Assembly: GCA_964016885.1 (NCBI GenBank)
Contig: OZ024760.1
Span: forward strand, 4,154,001-4,218,000
Source of the DNA: Eledone cirrhosa
Taxonomy: Eukaryota
Length of the DNA stretch: 64,000 nucleotides
Direction of reading: 5' to 3'
This document shows, piece after piece, positions 25,292 through 38,165 of this stretch; the stretch's first letter is position 1, and the number at the start of each line of letters is the position of its first letter. The notes under the pieces were generated by a model that did not search any database, was not told the DNA's origin, and saw only the letters and a list, made by a program, of their open reading frames with translations. The translations under genes and the position numbers were made by a program.

Positions 25292-25296
<5 letters not shown>
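23453..25296. mobile_element. PLE 3' remnant (GIY-YIG + pLTR) arranged as a large inverted repeat
   Basis: ORF 24320-24730 CLARNIVY...YYVGCTATSFKARLYQH...CKLCNLE; arms 23563-24323 and 24536-25296; microsatellites on both flanks. Confidence 0.88.
23608..23724 (-). ncRNA. Type I hammerhead ribozyme with long stem II (intact core)
   Basis: aggu-CUGACGA-cauggugua...uacacuaua-GAAA-caauug-UU-accu; the mirror copy 25135-25251(+) has GAAG. Confidence 0.7.
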
Positions 25297-25338
<42 letters not shown>

Positions 25339-25649
25339 ATAATATTTTTACTTTTGGCATTACATTACATTACTGGTACTTTATTTTATCAACCCCGTAA
25401 GGATGAAAGGCAAAGTTAACCTCAGCAGGGTTTGAACTCAGAACATAAAGGGCCATAACTCTATGGTGCAAAGCATCGTGTCTGACGCTCTACCGATACT
25501 GCAAATCCACAACCCTTATATAATAATGATAATAATAATAATAATGAAATTATTGTGTAAAGTGTGCTCAGGTGCACTACAACTCGTCAAAGGTGCATGT
25601 ATAGAACATAGAATAAAATAAATATATACACACACACACATCATATATA

Positions 25650-26074
25650 TCATCATCATCATCATCATCACCGTTTTACGTCCGTTCTTCCACGCTAGCA
25701 TGGGTTAGACGGGTTGTCCTGTTGTGGGCAGTGTCTGGTCGGCTGACCATGCCTTGCTCATACAGGAACTGATCTGGCTTGATTTCTACAGCTGGATGCC
25801 CTTCCTAACACCAACCTCATTTACAGTGAGTGCTGGGTGCTTTTTCGTGGCGCCTACACGTCCACTTTACAGTGTGGGCTGGGTGCTTTTTTGCCGTGGC
25901 ACCTCCACGACCACCTTGCGGTGGGGGGGGGGGGGGCATATTGTTTATATGCTTCAGCATGTACCCATGGGAGGTCGGGTACCCTGTATTACTGCGTGAC
26001 GCCAGAAGTCACGGTCGTGTGTCATTGACTTTGAGAGGTGTAGTTGGGTAAGGTCGGCTTTTATCACCTCATCC

Positions 26075-26077
<3 letters not shown>
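25650..26077 (-). mobile_element. Near-identical second copy of the RTE 3' end
   Basis: Matches ~26608-27030 apart from poly-G length. Confidence 0.88.
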
Positions 26078-26107
<30 letters not shown>

Positions 26108-26264
26108 ACAAAGGAGTTGTGGTAAGGAACCAGATGGACCATAACGCACCAGAGTACTCAATACTTAGGGTAGTAGAGTGGGTAAAAGGAAAATGTATGA
26201 CCCCGACGCAGAGCTCAAGCCGTTTTGACGGCTATTTCTGGACATTCATTTTCCTATATATCAT

Positions 26265-26586
26265 CATCATCATTTCATTTTACGTCCGCTTTTCCCTGCT
26301 TGCAAGGGTGGGACGGGAACTGATTCTGGCTTGATTTCTACAGCTGGATGCCCTTCCTAACACCAACCTCATTTACAGTGAGTGCTGGGTGCTTTTTTGC
26401 CGTGGCACCTCCACGACCACTTTGCAGTGGAATGATAGGGACCCCAGTCCCTATCATCTCATTTCTACAGCTGAGTAAACTGGAGCAATGTGTTGTCTTG
26501 CTCAAGGAAACAACACATCACCCGGTCTGAGAATTGAACTCACAACCTTTCGATTGCAAGGCCAATGTGCTAAGCCATGTGCCTCC
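26265..26586 (-). mobile_element. tRNA-headed SINE sharing its 3' part with RTE LINEs
   Basis: B box gagttcaattc, ccttgagcaagacaac core, ttaggaagggcatccagc motif and RTE-type tail; similar copy at 21630-21880. Confidence 0.7.
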
Positions 26587-26589
26587 ATA

Positions 26590-28530
26590 TATATATATAT
26601 ATATATATCATCATCATCATCATCATCACCGTTTTACGTCCGTTCTTCCACGCTAGCATGGGTTAGACGGGTTGTCCTGTTGTGGGCAGTGTCTGGTCGG
26701 CTGACCATGCCTTGCTCATACAGGAACTGATCTGGCTTGATTTCTACAGCTGGATGCCCTTCCTAACACCAACCTCATTTACAGTGAGTGCTGGGTGCTT
26801 TTTCGTGGCGCCTACACGTCCACTTTACAGTGTGGGCTGGGTGCTTTTTTGCCGTGGCACCTCCACGACCACCTTGCGGTGGGGGGGGGGCATATTGTTT
26901 ATATGCTTCAGCATGTACCCATGGGAGGTCGGGTACCCTGTATTACTGCGTGACGCCAGAAGTCACGGTCGTGTGTCATTGACTTTGAGAGGTGTAGTTG
27001 GGTAAGGTCGGCTTTTATCACCTCATCCCAAGTCATCTTGGGTCTCCCCACTCCGCGGTTTCCATCAACTTCTAGTGCTCTGCACCTTTTTATGCAGCTG
27101 TCATCCTTCATACGCATCACATGTCCATACCAGCGTAACCGCCTCTCCTGCACGCAGCATTTGATTCCTCTTATGCTCAGTCTCTCTCTCAATTCATTTA
27201 TGCTTTGTCGTTCACGTATATTACTGTTACACATCCATCGGAGCATGCAGGCTTCGTTTCTCTCTAATCTACGTAAGTCTTCCACCTTCAGCGCCCAGGT
27301 CTCACTACCATGCAACATCGCTGTTCGGATACACGCATCATACAGTCTGCCTTTCATTCTGAGGGAGAAGCCTTTTGCAGCTAGCAGTGGTAGTAGTTCC
27401 CTAAACTTCTTCCATCCCGTTCTTACCCTAGTTATTGTACTTTCTGAGCACCCACCTCCGTTGCTAATTCGGTCACCTAGGTAGCAGAAGCTGTCTACTG
27501 TTTCTACAGGGCCCTCCCAGAGATTGGTGGTACTTGTTTCCTGTGGCTGTTTGCTTGCTGTTTCAGCACAGCTGCTGCATGTGAATCCTACATTCTTAAT
27601 TAAGCTTCCTGAGATCCCGCTACATCTCTTGTGTACCCATTGTTTGCATTTGGGGCAAAGAATGGAGTTCCTACCTACACCTTTCCTACATACTGAGCAA
27701 GGCCATTTCCCTGAGGGGATCTGGGTTCTGTTTTCTCGTCTACTTATAAGGACCTTAGTCTTTGTCATGTTGACTTTGAGGCCCTTTCTCTCTAGTCCCT
27801 GCTTCCAGGTTTGGAATTTATTCTCTAGTTCTACCATAGATTCAGCTATGAGTGCGAGGTCATCAGCATACAGGAGTTCCCATGGGCATCCGGTCTTAAA
27901 CTCCTCCGTTATTGCCTGCAGGACTATGATGAACAGGAGAGGGCTAAGAACAGAGCCCTGGTGGACCCCAACCTGTACGCTAAATTCCTCGCTATACTCA
28001 TTGCCAATCCTAACTTTGCTGACTGCTCCCCTATACATGGCTTGTACCGCTTTCACAAGCCATTCATCTACTCCTAGTTTTCTAAGAGCCCACCAGATTA
28101 CTGCACGTGGAACTCTGTCAAAGGCTTTCTCAAGGTCGACAAATGCCAAGTAGAGTGGCTTACTTTTAGCTAGGTACTTTTCCTGTAATTGCCTCACAAG
28201 GAAGAGCGCATCAGTGGTGCCTTTCCCTGGTACAAACCCAAATTGCATCTCGTCTATATTCACCCGGTCCCTAATCAGCTGTGCTATAACTCTTTCTGTT
28301 ACTTTCATGACCTGGTCCATCAACTTTATACCTCTATAGTTTCCTCTATCTAGTGCATCTCCTTTACCTTTGTAGCAGTTGACAATGATGCTACTGCACC
28401 AATCTTTTGGTATGGCCCCCTCTAGTATTACCTGGTTAACGATACGTGTGGTTATAGTGTGACCTACAGACCCAGATGCCTTCAGCATCTCGGCAGCTAT
28501 ACCCGATGGACCGGTTGCCTTCCCTACCTT
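26590..28530 (-). mobile_element. RTE-clade LINE, 5'-truncated, RT frame intact
   Basis: YRGIKL, QFGF, FVDLEKAFD, GVHQGSVLSP, YADD, Cys/His finger insert, FCYLG, LRWYGHV; 3' UTR ending in (GAT)n tail. Confidence 0.93.
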
Positions 28531-28535
28531 ATATA

Positions 28536-28570
<35 letters not shown>

Positions 28571-28586
28571 AATATTCTAAACTTAC

Positions 28587-28651
28587 CGAATGTTTCACTT
28601 GCAGACTTCTCATCCTCTAGTTCCTTTTCTTTCTCTTGCTGCTGCAGTCGA

Positions 28652-28683
<32 letters not shown>

Positions 28684-29703
28684 ACGTTGTTGCTGCTGCT
28701 GACGTTGTTGTTGCTGCTGACGTTGCTGTTGTTGTTGACGTTGCTGCTGCTGCTGCTGAGGCTGTTGTTGTTGCTGACGTTGCTGCTGCTGCTGTTGTTG
28801 CTGTTGTTGTTGACGTTGCTGATATTGTTGTGGTTGCTGCTTATATTGTTGTTGTTGCTGTTGCTGCTTAAATTGTTGTTGTTGATGCTGTTGCTGTTGT
28901 TTGTATTGTTGCTGCTGTTGATGTTGTTGTTGTTGGTGCTGTTGTTGATGATGATGTTGCTGCTGCTGTTGTTGTTGTTGTTGTTGTTTATGATGCTGTT
29001 GTTGGTATGGGTCACTGTGGTTGCTAGTAGCTGAGGTGAGGCCAGAAACAGGGGGAGATCCCGAGGCAGAAGCAGCGGCATTCATCATTTTCCAAACCAT
29101 GGCACACATGTTTCCCTCTGTAGCTGCTGGCACCTGATTAGCATTAAGATCTGTCTCTTCATCGTTGCCACTACCACCATCAGTCAAAGGACCCCCACAC
29201 CTCGACTTCAGGTCGCAGAACTTGCGATCATTCACTCTAAACAGAACTTTCTTGTTTGGCGCTTCCTTGTTCTCTGTCACCTTCCTCGACTTCTTCCAGC
29301 TGTGCGAATCTCGTGAGTTCAAATCCTGCAGACAGCAGGGAGATGAAGAGGAATCAGAGAAAAGCTGGGATGTACCTGGTGGCATTGGTTGTACTTGAGG
29401 TGGGGATGTCAACAACTTCTTGACACAGGTGTCTGGTGGCAAAGGCAGGGGTTGTTGCATCTTTACAGGGCCAACCTGGTAATGGTCCATTGCTCGATGT
29501 TGCAGCGAGATAGCAGGTCCGGAGCCTGGTAGGCTGCTGTCCAACTGACTCCCTCCAAACTGGGTTTTCAGCCTGTGTCCAGCGGCATCAAGAACCTGAT
29601 GATGGGCCATTGCAGCTGGTGTCTTAGCAGGCCGGTCATTGCTGATTCGAAGTAAGCGCTTCAAACGGGTCTCAATCTCAGAACTGCTGGGGCATTCTGC
29701 CAT
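28587..29703 (-). CDS. TUT4/TUT7: TUT4/7-like terminal uridylyltransferase, first coding exon (low-complexity N-terminus with long polyQ tract)
   Basis: ATG at 29703 just after acceptor ctactccag|AG; 1117 nt ending ...ETF-G|gtaagt (phase 1), which joins in frame to the exon at 23065. Confidence 0.8.
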
Positions 29704-30994
29704 CTCTGGAGTAGGAACATGAACAGAATAAAGTGTAAGTGTGAGTGAAGTTTTGAGGGTGAGTGTGAGTTAGAGTGTGTACAAATGGGAGAACAAGTGA
29801 GTGAAAGTGTATGAAAAGGTGAATACAAGAGAAAGCATGAAAGAGTGGAACATGGGAGAGGGTATGAATGTTTGAGAGAGAGATAGAGCATGTAATGAAG
29901 AGGAGGTATGAAAGAGAGAGAGAGAGAGAGTAGGTGTATGTATGTGAAAGAGTGGTAGGAGGTGTACGTAATAAAGAGAATTACAAGAGAGTAGGAGGAT
30001 TCATCTATATATAAATTTCTGCGATTCTTTCACAACACATGAAGAGAGAGAGGAGTAGTTTCACTACCTCATACTACTCCTCTCTCTCTTTATATCTGCT
30101 GCCTGCATGAATGTATGTGTGTATAAAAGGAAGGAAGGGATCTATCTATATATTAATTTCTGCGATTCTGTCACAACACTTAAAGAGAGAGGAGTAGTTT
30201 GACTACCTCATACTACTCCTCTTTCTTTATGCCTGCTGCCTGCATGAATGTATGTGTTTGTAAAAGGAAGGAAGGGGATGGTGAAAAAAACTATGGCAAA
30301 GCGTTGCAAATTGAACACGGTTGGTGTTCAATTTGCAACGCTGTGTGTGAGTGTATGTGTATGTGTGTGTTTTTATAAATGTATGTGTGTGTGTTTGTGT
30401 AAATGTATGTCTGTGGGTGTGTATTTTTGTAAGTGTCTCCATTTGCACATTTATATTTATATACTCACACATATAAATGTATGCATGTAAATGTATGCAT
30501 GTATAAATGTATGTTGAAAAGAATTCTTGTATGTAAAAATAAGAAGACGAGAGAGGGGGAGAGAAAGAGACAGCAGGGAGAGAAAGATATATATATATAA
30601 TTTTCTACTTTTGGCACAAGGCCAGCAATTATCTCAGTGTATTACTGGTACTTTATTTTTATATAATAAGGAGTTGACGGACCCAGCATATGTATCAATG
30701 CCAGGACCGGTTGTATCTCAGCGTACTCAATAGGTAATGTAGGATACATTCCCAGAGAATACACATAGTTATTCGCTTCAATACAACACACGTAAAACGG
30801 GTGCCTATAGTAGTTCCTGGACTCGAGTTTCGGCCACACTTAATGCAGCAGTAGGGTGCACTGCACCCTCTGTCTGCATATATTATGCAACAATTCACAA
30901 TCGGCACTTACATATATATCCAGGAAGCTCCAACCGTTAAGGTTGTCTTTTTTCAGGGTATGTCAATATTTATTTATAAAACTAATCTGTATTG

Positions 30995-31060
30995 TATTTT
31001 ATCTCATGAAAGCGCACCATAATTTGCCTTGGTGGCCCTTGAAATATGTTTAATAAAATA
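30995..31060 (+). ncRNA. Degenerate hammerhead ribozyme (core G5 to C)
   Basis: tattttat-CTCATGA-aag..cacca/tggtg..ctt-GAAA-tatgtt-TA-ataaaata; 8-bp stem I. Confidence 0.6.
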
Positions 31061-31160
31061 AATATGGTTTTATAAATATAGTTTCCATTTGTTAATATAT
31101 TGTATCATCATCATCATCATTTTACGTCCCCGCTTTTCCCTGCTTGCAAGGGTGGGACTG

Positions 31161-31211
<51 letters not shown>

Positions 31212-31247
31212 TAGAAAGTGGAGTGTGAAATAAAAACCAAAACTTAC

Positions 31248-31335
31248 CTCAAGTGATTTAGTTGTATGTAAAAAGAAAGTAAAAGTTCTGGAACCAACAG
31301 GTAACAGACGACATCAGGTATGAACTAAATGGTAC
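31248..31335 (-). other. Candidate 5' UTR exon of the TUT4/7-like gene
   Basis: Long pyrimidine tract + ccag acceptor and GAG|gtaagt donor; unique sequence 1.5 kb upstream of the ATG exon. Confidence 0.6.
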
Positions 31336-31611
31336 CTGGAGAGAGAAATGGAGAGTGAGAGAGACTGAGGGAGAGAAAGATAGATAGAGAGTGAGAAAGA
31401 TAGTTCGAGAATGGGAGAGATAGATATAAGAACGAAAGAGGTAGAGTGAGAGGATGATTGGCAAAGGTAAACATAAACTAGCAATGCTATGTAATGTGTG
31501 CGTGAGTGTGTGTGCATGTGTGAGTGTGTGTGCATGTGTTAGATTTTCTGTCAAAACAACTTGTAACAAACTACATGTAGGTTTCTCTGTATATGTATGT
31601 GTGTGTGTGTG

Positions 31612-31654
<43 letters not shown>

Positions 31655-32149
31655 TTAATTAACATCTATCTTCCACGCTAGCATGGGTTAGATGGGTTTG
31701 TCCCATTTAGAAGCAAGTTGGGTCGGGTGACTGTGTCTTGCTTATATAGGAGGGTTTCTGGCTGGTTTTCTACAGTTGGATGCCCTTCATAACGCCAACC
31801 ACATTTACAGTGTGTGCTGGGTGCTTTTTGCCGTGTCTTTTACACGTCCACTTTACAGTGGGGCCTGGGCACTTTTGTCTTGGGACTAGGGAGGGGAAGC
31901 TTGGGGGGAAATGTGGACAGAGTAGTAGGGGAAGTATGGTTACCACTAAGGTGAATGAGAGGGGATAGAAGGTTGAGGAAGGTGTTGCCTATTAGGTATA
32001 AGCCTCATCCTGAGAATAATAGAGGGAGTATCTTCTGTAAAACTGCGTAGCGCCAGAGGTCGCGGTCTTGTGTCATTGCCTTTAAGAGGTGTAATTATAT
32101 ATATATAATAATCATCATCATTTTACGTCCTCTTTTCCTTGCTTGCAAT

Positions 32150-32215
<66 letters not shown>

Positions 32216-33059
32216 ATATATATTATATACACACACACACCCAATCCTTGAAACCTAAGCTAGCATAATACATGTTACACATAGATCATTATACATTTAG
32301 CAGTTTTATGGCTACTTTCTATATTGGCATGGGTTGACTGAGTTGTCATGAGATGAATCAGATGTTATTTGATGCCATTGTCCTTTTTGACAAGTCAGTG
32401 GACCACACCTGGCTCATATGTTCTATGTGTGTGTGAGTTTTTATCTACGCGTGGAGAAATCATTATTATATATTTAAAAATTATAACATGCATTTTGATT
32501 CATTATAATTCAATTTGAAATATTGAAAAACAATAAGAGTCCCGAATGTAGAAAATAACTGTAATAACAGTCGGTCACTATAGATAATAATTGAAAAAAA
32601 ATTGGGAAAAATTGCTGTTATAGATAGAATAAACAAAACATCATCATCATCATCGTGTAACGTCCATCTTCTACACTAGCATGGGTTAGACGGTTTTGTT
32701 CCATTTGATGTGGGAATGATTGGGAGACTATGTCTTGCTTGTATGGAAGTGTCTCTGGCAGGTTTATAATAATTTCTCTGAAGAAGTCCGGAGTGTAACC
32801 AAAATGGGTGGAAACAAATCAGTTTATGATGATAATTTTTCTGTAGAAGGCTGGAAATTACAACAGTCAAAATAATGTTGGTATATCAAGAAAGATAGGA
32901 GAAACACTGGTCTGAATAATATAGTTTATGGTAATGATAATACCTGTGAAGAAGGCTGGAAGTTACAACAGTGCAAATGTTGTGATTACAACAACTAAAA
33001 ATAAGGAAACTAGTCTGAATGAATAGTTCCTTTTCTCAGAAATTTAGACAAAAGAGTAT

Positions 33060-33800
33060 AATAATAATAATAATAATGAAATTATTGTGTACAGTGCTCA
33101 GGTGCACTACAACTCATCAAAGGTGCATGTATAGTACATAGAATAATGTACAAATGTCAGGAAAATGAACAGTGTACGAGTCATGATATAATAATAATAA
33201 CAATAATGAAATATTGTGTACAGTGCCCAGGTGCACCACAACTCATCAAAAAAGTGCATGTACAGTACATAGGGCAATGCACAAACATCAGTAAAATGAA
33301 CAGTGCACGAGTCATGATACACACATGTGTGCATGTGTATGGAAGGGGTACATCAGGTGTAGTTTTGGCGTATTTCGGGAAGCATGAGTGTCTTAAAGGA
33401 TGCAGTGTCTCGGCAGCTAACAATTGACGCAGGCAGTTTGTTCCATGCTTCAGCAACTCTGAGCGTGAAAAAATGTCTACGAAAGTCATGGGAGCTGTGC
33501 TGTTTTCTGATCTTGTAGGCATGTCCACGTGTGTTAGACACATGGAGATCAAAGAGGCGCTCAGGGTTGCAATTGGCGAGATGGTTAAAAACTTTGTGGG
33601 TATTCACCAAGTCCATTGCCAGACGTCGGAGCTTCAATGAATCCATGCCCAGGGAAGCAAGGCGTTCAGAGTATGGTAGGTGTCTGATGGAGGGTATGCG
33701 CTTGGTTGCACGTCTCTGAACAGTTTCCAGGAGGTCAATGTTCTGAGCAAGATAGGGGTTCCAGACTGATGATGCGAATTCCAAGTGTGGTCGTACCGTA
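33060..33800 (-). mobile_element. CR1-clade LINE 3' fragment
   Basis: VRPHLEFASSVWNPY...LETVQRRATK...YSERL...TRGH...FFTLRVAEAWNKLP; (ATT)n tail; shorter copies at 12150, 25540, 34970, 43300, 54825. Confidence 0.9.
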
Positions 33801-34437
33801 TGTTTTATCATTTGTCCTTTGAACTGATACAAATCAAAATATTAAAAGATACAGAGAACTTTAAACCTGTCACACTGCCTCGCCTTTTTCCCTACCATTT
33901 CCTAGTATGCAATTAGTTCAACAGATAATCTATTTGCTGTTATTGATTGGCAAGAAAGTTAAACCATTTGGTGTTATTGATTGATGAGTAATGGATCAAA
34001 GATTTTGTTTTGCTATTATTGATAGGTTGAAAAATTTATCTGTGGAAGTTTTGAAAATTAAAAATCAACGATAACCTTTGGTTCTGTGTTATGTGAGATA
34101 AAGCTTTACCATGAAAATACAATAGTAAATATAGAGTAATGTAAATACTAAAGGGACAAGAGTCCTCAAACACTCCCTCCAGCAGGTCCTGTCAGAAGCA
34201 ACTGTCTCCAACTGATCTGGCTGGATCCCCAAGCATGACCAGCCAAGCTCATGGATGTTATCCAACCATCTTAGTCAGGGTCTACGTCTGGGTCTCCTAC
34301 CTGTCCAGCGATTCTTTCCTGACACATTCTTAGACATTCTTAGAAAAAGGTTTTATAATGTAGAACCAAGAGCAGTTCTAAGCAGGATTAAATCAAGAAA
34401 AACATTCCTTATGACTGGAAACAGGACAGGATACAAT

Positions 34438-34586
34438 CAGTGCCGGATTTAGGACAAATGAGGCCCTGTGCTAGTTAAATTATGAGGCCCTGGGCCCTGA
34501 AGGAGGTAAAAAATGTTGTGGGCAGGAAGATGCCAAGGTCAATGGGGCCCTGTGCACACCTAAGCACAATGGTAAATATAGCACTG
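34438..34586. mobile_element. hAT-like MITE
   Basis: TIRs cagtgccggattta / taaatatagcactg; 8-bp TSD gatacaat/gatacagt. Confidence 0.65.
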
Positions 34587-35558
34587 GATACAGTGCAGAC
34601 AAGTTGTACAACTAGTAATATATATATATATATGTATATAATATGTAGGTTCCCGAGTTGTGTTGGGCGTTAACCAGTTAAAAAAAGGTACTTAATACGT
34701 TGGTAGAGAATAGACATATTTATTATATATAGAAATGACTTCTACAGGATTAGAACTGTTTCATTCATATGAAATCATTGGGATATTCCTGATAATTTTA
34801 TATGAATGAAACAGTTTTAGTCCTGTAGAAGCGATTTCTATAACACAATTGGCGAAAATTGAGTTTCATTTACTTAATTATGGAAGTATATCACAGAAAC
34901 AAGCCAGAATGTAAATACTTTAACTATACTTTCATTATCGAATACTTCTATTAAATAATAATAATAATTATTATGAAATTATTGTGTCCAGTGCTCAGGT
35001 GCACTACAACTCATCAAAAGCGCATGTATAGTACATATAATAATGTACAAATGTCAGGAAAATGATTATTAACCCTTTAGCATTTAAACCGGCTGTATCC
35101 GGCCAGAATTCTCTCACCTCTTTCTGTTCAAACCAGCTGTAACTGACCATTGATACCAACGTTAAGGTATTGATCTCAAAATAAACAATATTAAAATCTC
35201 ATAGAGTCAATATTATATGAGGTAAAGCCATTTCTGTGAAAATACAATAGTAAATATAGAGTAATGTAAATGCTAAAGGGTTTAAGTGTGGAGGCATGTA
35301 ACCTAGTGGTAAGTGTGTTGGACTTTACAATCATAATATTGTGGGTTTGATTCCTGCTTTAGGTTGTGTGTTTTGTTCTTGAGCAAAACACTTCCATTTC
35401 ATGTTGCTCCCATATACTCAGCTGAAAGTGAGTACAGAGACAGATTTTAAACTTTTTTCATTACAGAAGAATATGATATGAAGGAGATTTGGCTGTTATT
35501 TCTAGCAGTGGAGCCACCAAAAAGATGGCGACTTTGTTGACTTTAAATCTATGTTTGT

Positions 35559-35785
35559 TTAACCCTTTAGCATTTAAACTGGCTGAATCTGGCCAGAATT
35601 CTCTCACCTTTTTCTTTTCAAACCAGTTGTAACCGGCTGCTCATAGTGATGTTAAGCTATTGTTCTCAATATAAATAATATCAAAATCTCATATATTCGA
35701 TATCATGAGATAATTATATGAGATAAAGCCTTTACCATGGAAATATAATAGTAAATATAGAGTAATGTAAATGCTAAAGGGTTAA
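35559..35785. mobile_element. piggyBac-type MITE (~220 bp), representative of ~14 copies
   Basis: TTAA-ccctttagcattta...taaatgctaaaggg-TTAA; copies near 10505, 10970, 17390, 21100, 35070, 48230, 49296, 49890, 50677, 53030, 55527, 55618, 59926, 63700. Confidence 0.85.
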
Positions 35786-37028
35786 AACAGTGCATGAAAA
35801 GGTAACATTGCCATTCAATAAATGGAGATCAATAAAAAAAGAATGGTTAAATAAGTGGCAAAAGGACAAACAGTTACAAAGGAGTGTTATCAGGAAGTCC
35901 CCTGACATCTTTGTAATACAGTTCAGACTAAGAGACCGGATCTGCGAGTTTCGTAAAACTGGCAACTACATCACAACTCATTCGTTTTAGATGTCTAAGT
36001 TTTCTTGGCAAAGAAAAAAATTTCACTTATATGCCAAGCTATTCTCCAGATATGGCTCCTTCTGAATTCTGGTTGTCCCCCAAAATACAGATGTTATTTA
36101 TATATAGTGCTGGTACAAACTGTAAAGTGGTTGGTGCTAGGAAGGGCATCTAGCCGATTGCCAAACAAAGGGTTAGGAGGACCAATCATTTTGTGTAAAA
36201 AAACACAACTTCTCCTTTGCACTCGATATGACCGTATGTTAGTGGGATACGGGCCCCTCGGTTTGTCTGGGAGGTCAGTTGCCATGCTTCACTACTGATT
36301 TGGTCTTCTAGACACATCCAACCCTTGCTAGCAGGGAAAGCGGATGTAAAATAATGATGATGATAAAACATGGGCGGAGGTGGTGAGAGCTGACCTCAGA
36401 TCGCTGAAGCTCATGGAGGAGATGACGAAGGACCGTGATAAGTGGAGAGATGCTGTGCTGAATAGGACCCGTCTCACCCTTGCAAGCAGGGAAAAGCGAA
36501 CGTAAAATGATGATGATATATATATTTTATATATATAGAGAGAGAGATAGAGAATTCTTCAATTGAGTGAATAATGACGACAACCTCTCTAGTACTGATG
36601 CTATGGTAAATGCATCTAGTCCACTAAGTAAAGATTGTTGGCGAAAAGAAGGGCACCTTTCTGTAGAAACCATGACAAAGGGGAAGGGATTTCCCAAATT
36701 GTCTAGTCGCAAACCCATCCAATCCATGCATGCATGGAGAGCAAATGTATGATGACGATGGTGTGTATATGTGTATGTGTGTGGCCACAGATTGGAAGTA
36801 GATTGTTAAAGAAGGGATATTTAAGTATTTTAAGTGTTCTCTGTTTAAGGAAGATATAAATATGTATTAGTGTGGTGGTATGGGGCATAGAAAGAATAAC
36901 AAAAGATAGTAAATTCCATGTATGGGATGAACCCATAATAACTTGTAGAGAAAGAATTAAGGACAAATATATATACACAAACATCATCATGGAAGTAAAA
37001 TGGTGATGATGATACAAATATAGAAACA

Positions 37029-37097
<69 letters not shown>

Positions 37098-37644
37098 GTA
37101 TATACACACGCACATACATATATATATGTATATGCACACACACACAAACATACAAATATAGAGGCATGTAAACATAAAGATACATGTATAAACAAATGTG
37201 TGTTTATGTATACATATATATATATACACATACATGCATACACAAACATAAATAGACATAAATCTATGTATACATAAACACACATATATATATATGTATA
37301 TGTGTGTGTGTGTGCATATATATATATATGTTCTTTGGGTGAGACATTCTGCCAACTAAAAACAGGCACTTCACTTTTTAACATCATCATCATTGTCGTT
37401 TAACATTCATTTTCCACATAGAAAATGATGTCAAAGTACAGTTTAGCTCAGCCCCTCCCATCTACATTGCTTCTTCATAACTTTCTGAACTCTTAACGTC
37501 CTGTACCACATGAAACCACATTAGCAAGACATTTTTGGAAAGTATAAAACAGCTGCTTCACATTAAAAATAATAGGCTTCACTTTAATATTGTAAATTCT
37601 CACAATAATCTACTTGCTAGTAAAGATACTATAAACATTTGAAT

Positions 37645-38165
37645 TCATCATCCAGCAGCCTCAACAATTGATCTTCACATGGGTCTGTCGTTGCCGTTGC
37701 CAAGTCCTGGATTTCAATACCAGAATCTCTGGAGATGACATCGGGACAGGAGAGCTTGCACCCCCTACTATTAGTGACTGTTTGTGGTTTCCAAAACACT
37801 AGTGGGGACACAGCCTCAGAGGTGGCACGATGTGGCCAGCAAAACTTACTCAGATATGCGTGAGAGGCCAGCATATATTTCTTTCAAAGCCAGATATCGC
37901 TAGCTTATGTTCTGAATGCATCGAAGTAGGCGAGTGTAGGTGCCATCAAGGTGCTTTTGTAGTTTGGATGAAAGTGTCCATGTTTCACTTCTATATAGTA
38001 AGATTGGTTGAATTATTACTTGATTTTGGTGTGGTTGGAAAGATTTGAGCACCAAACTCGATCCATCTTTGTGCAAGCAGTCCATGCATGGGCTTTTCTG
38101 GTGGCAAAATCCTTCCCAGAGTCCATGATACAGGACCCAAGATACTTAAAATCCTCGACTTGCTT
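37645..38165 (-). mobile_element. Decayed RTE-like LINE fragment
   Basis: DFKYLGS...LYRSETWTLSSKLQKHLDGTYTRLLR with frameshifts. Confidence 0.7.

Noticed and set aside
32770-33020. Three tandem hammerhead-like units (ctgaagaag / gaaggctgg...acaacag)
   Set aside because: Cores and stems too degenerate to fold; at most an old PLE/retrozyme relic.
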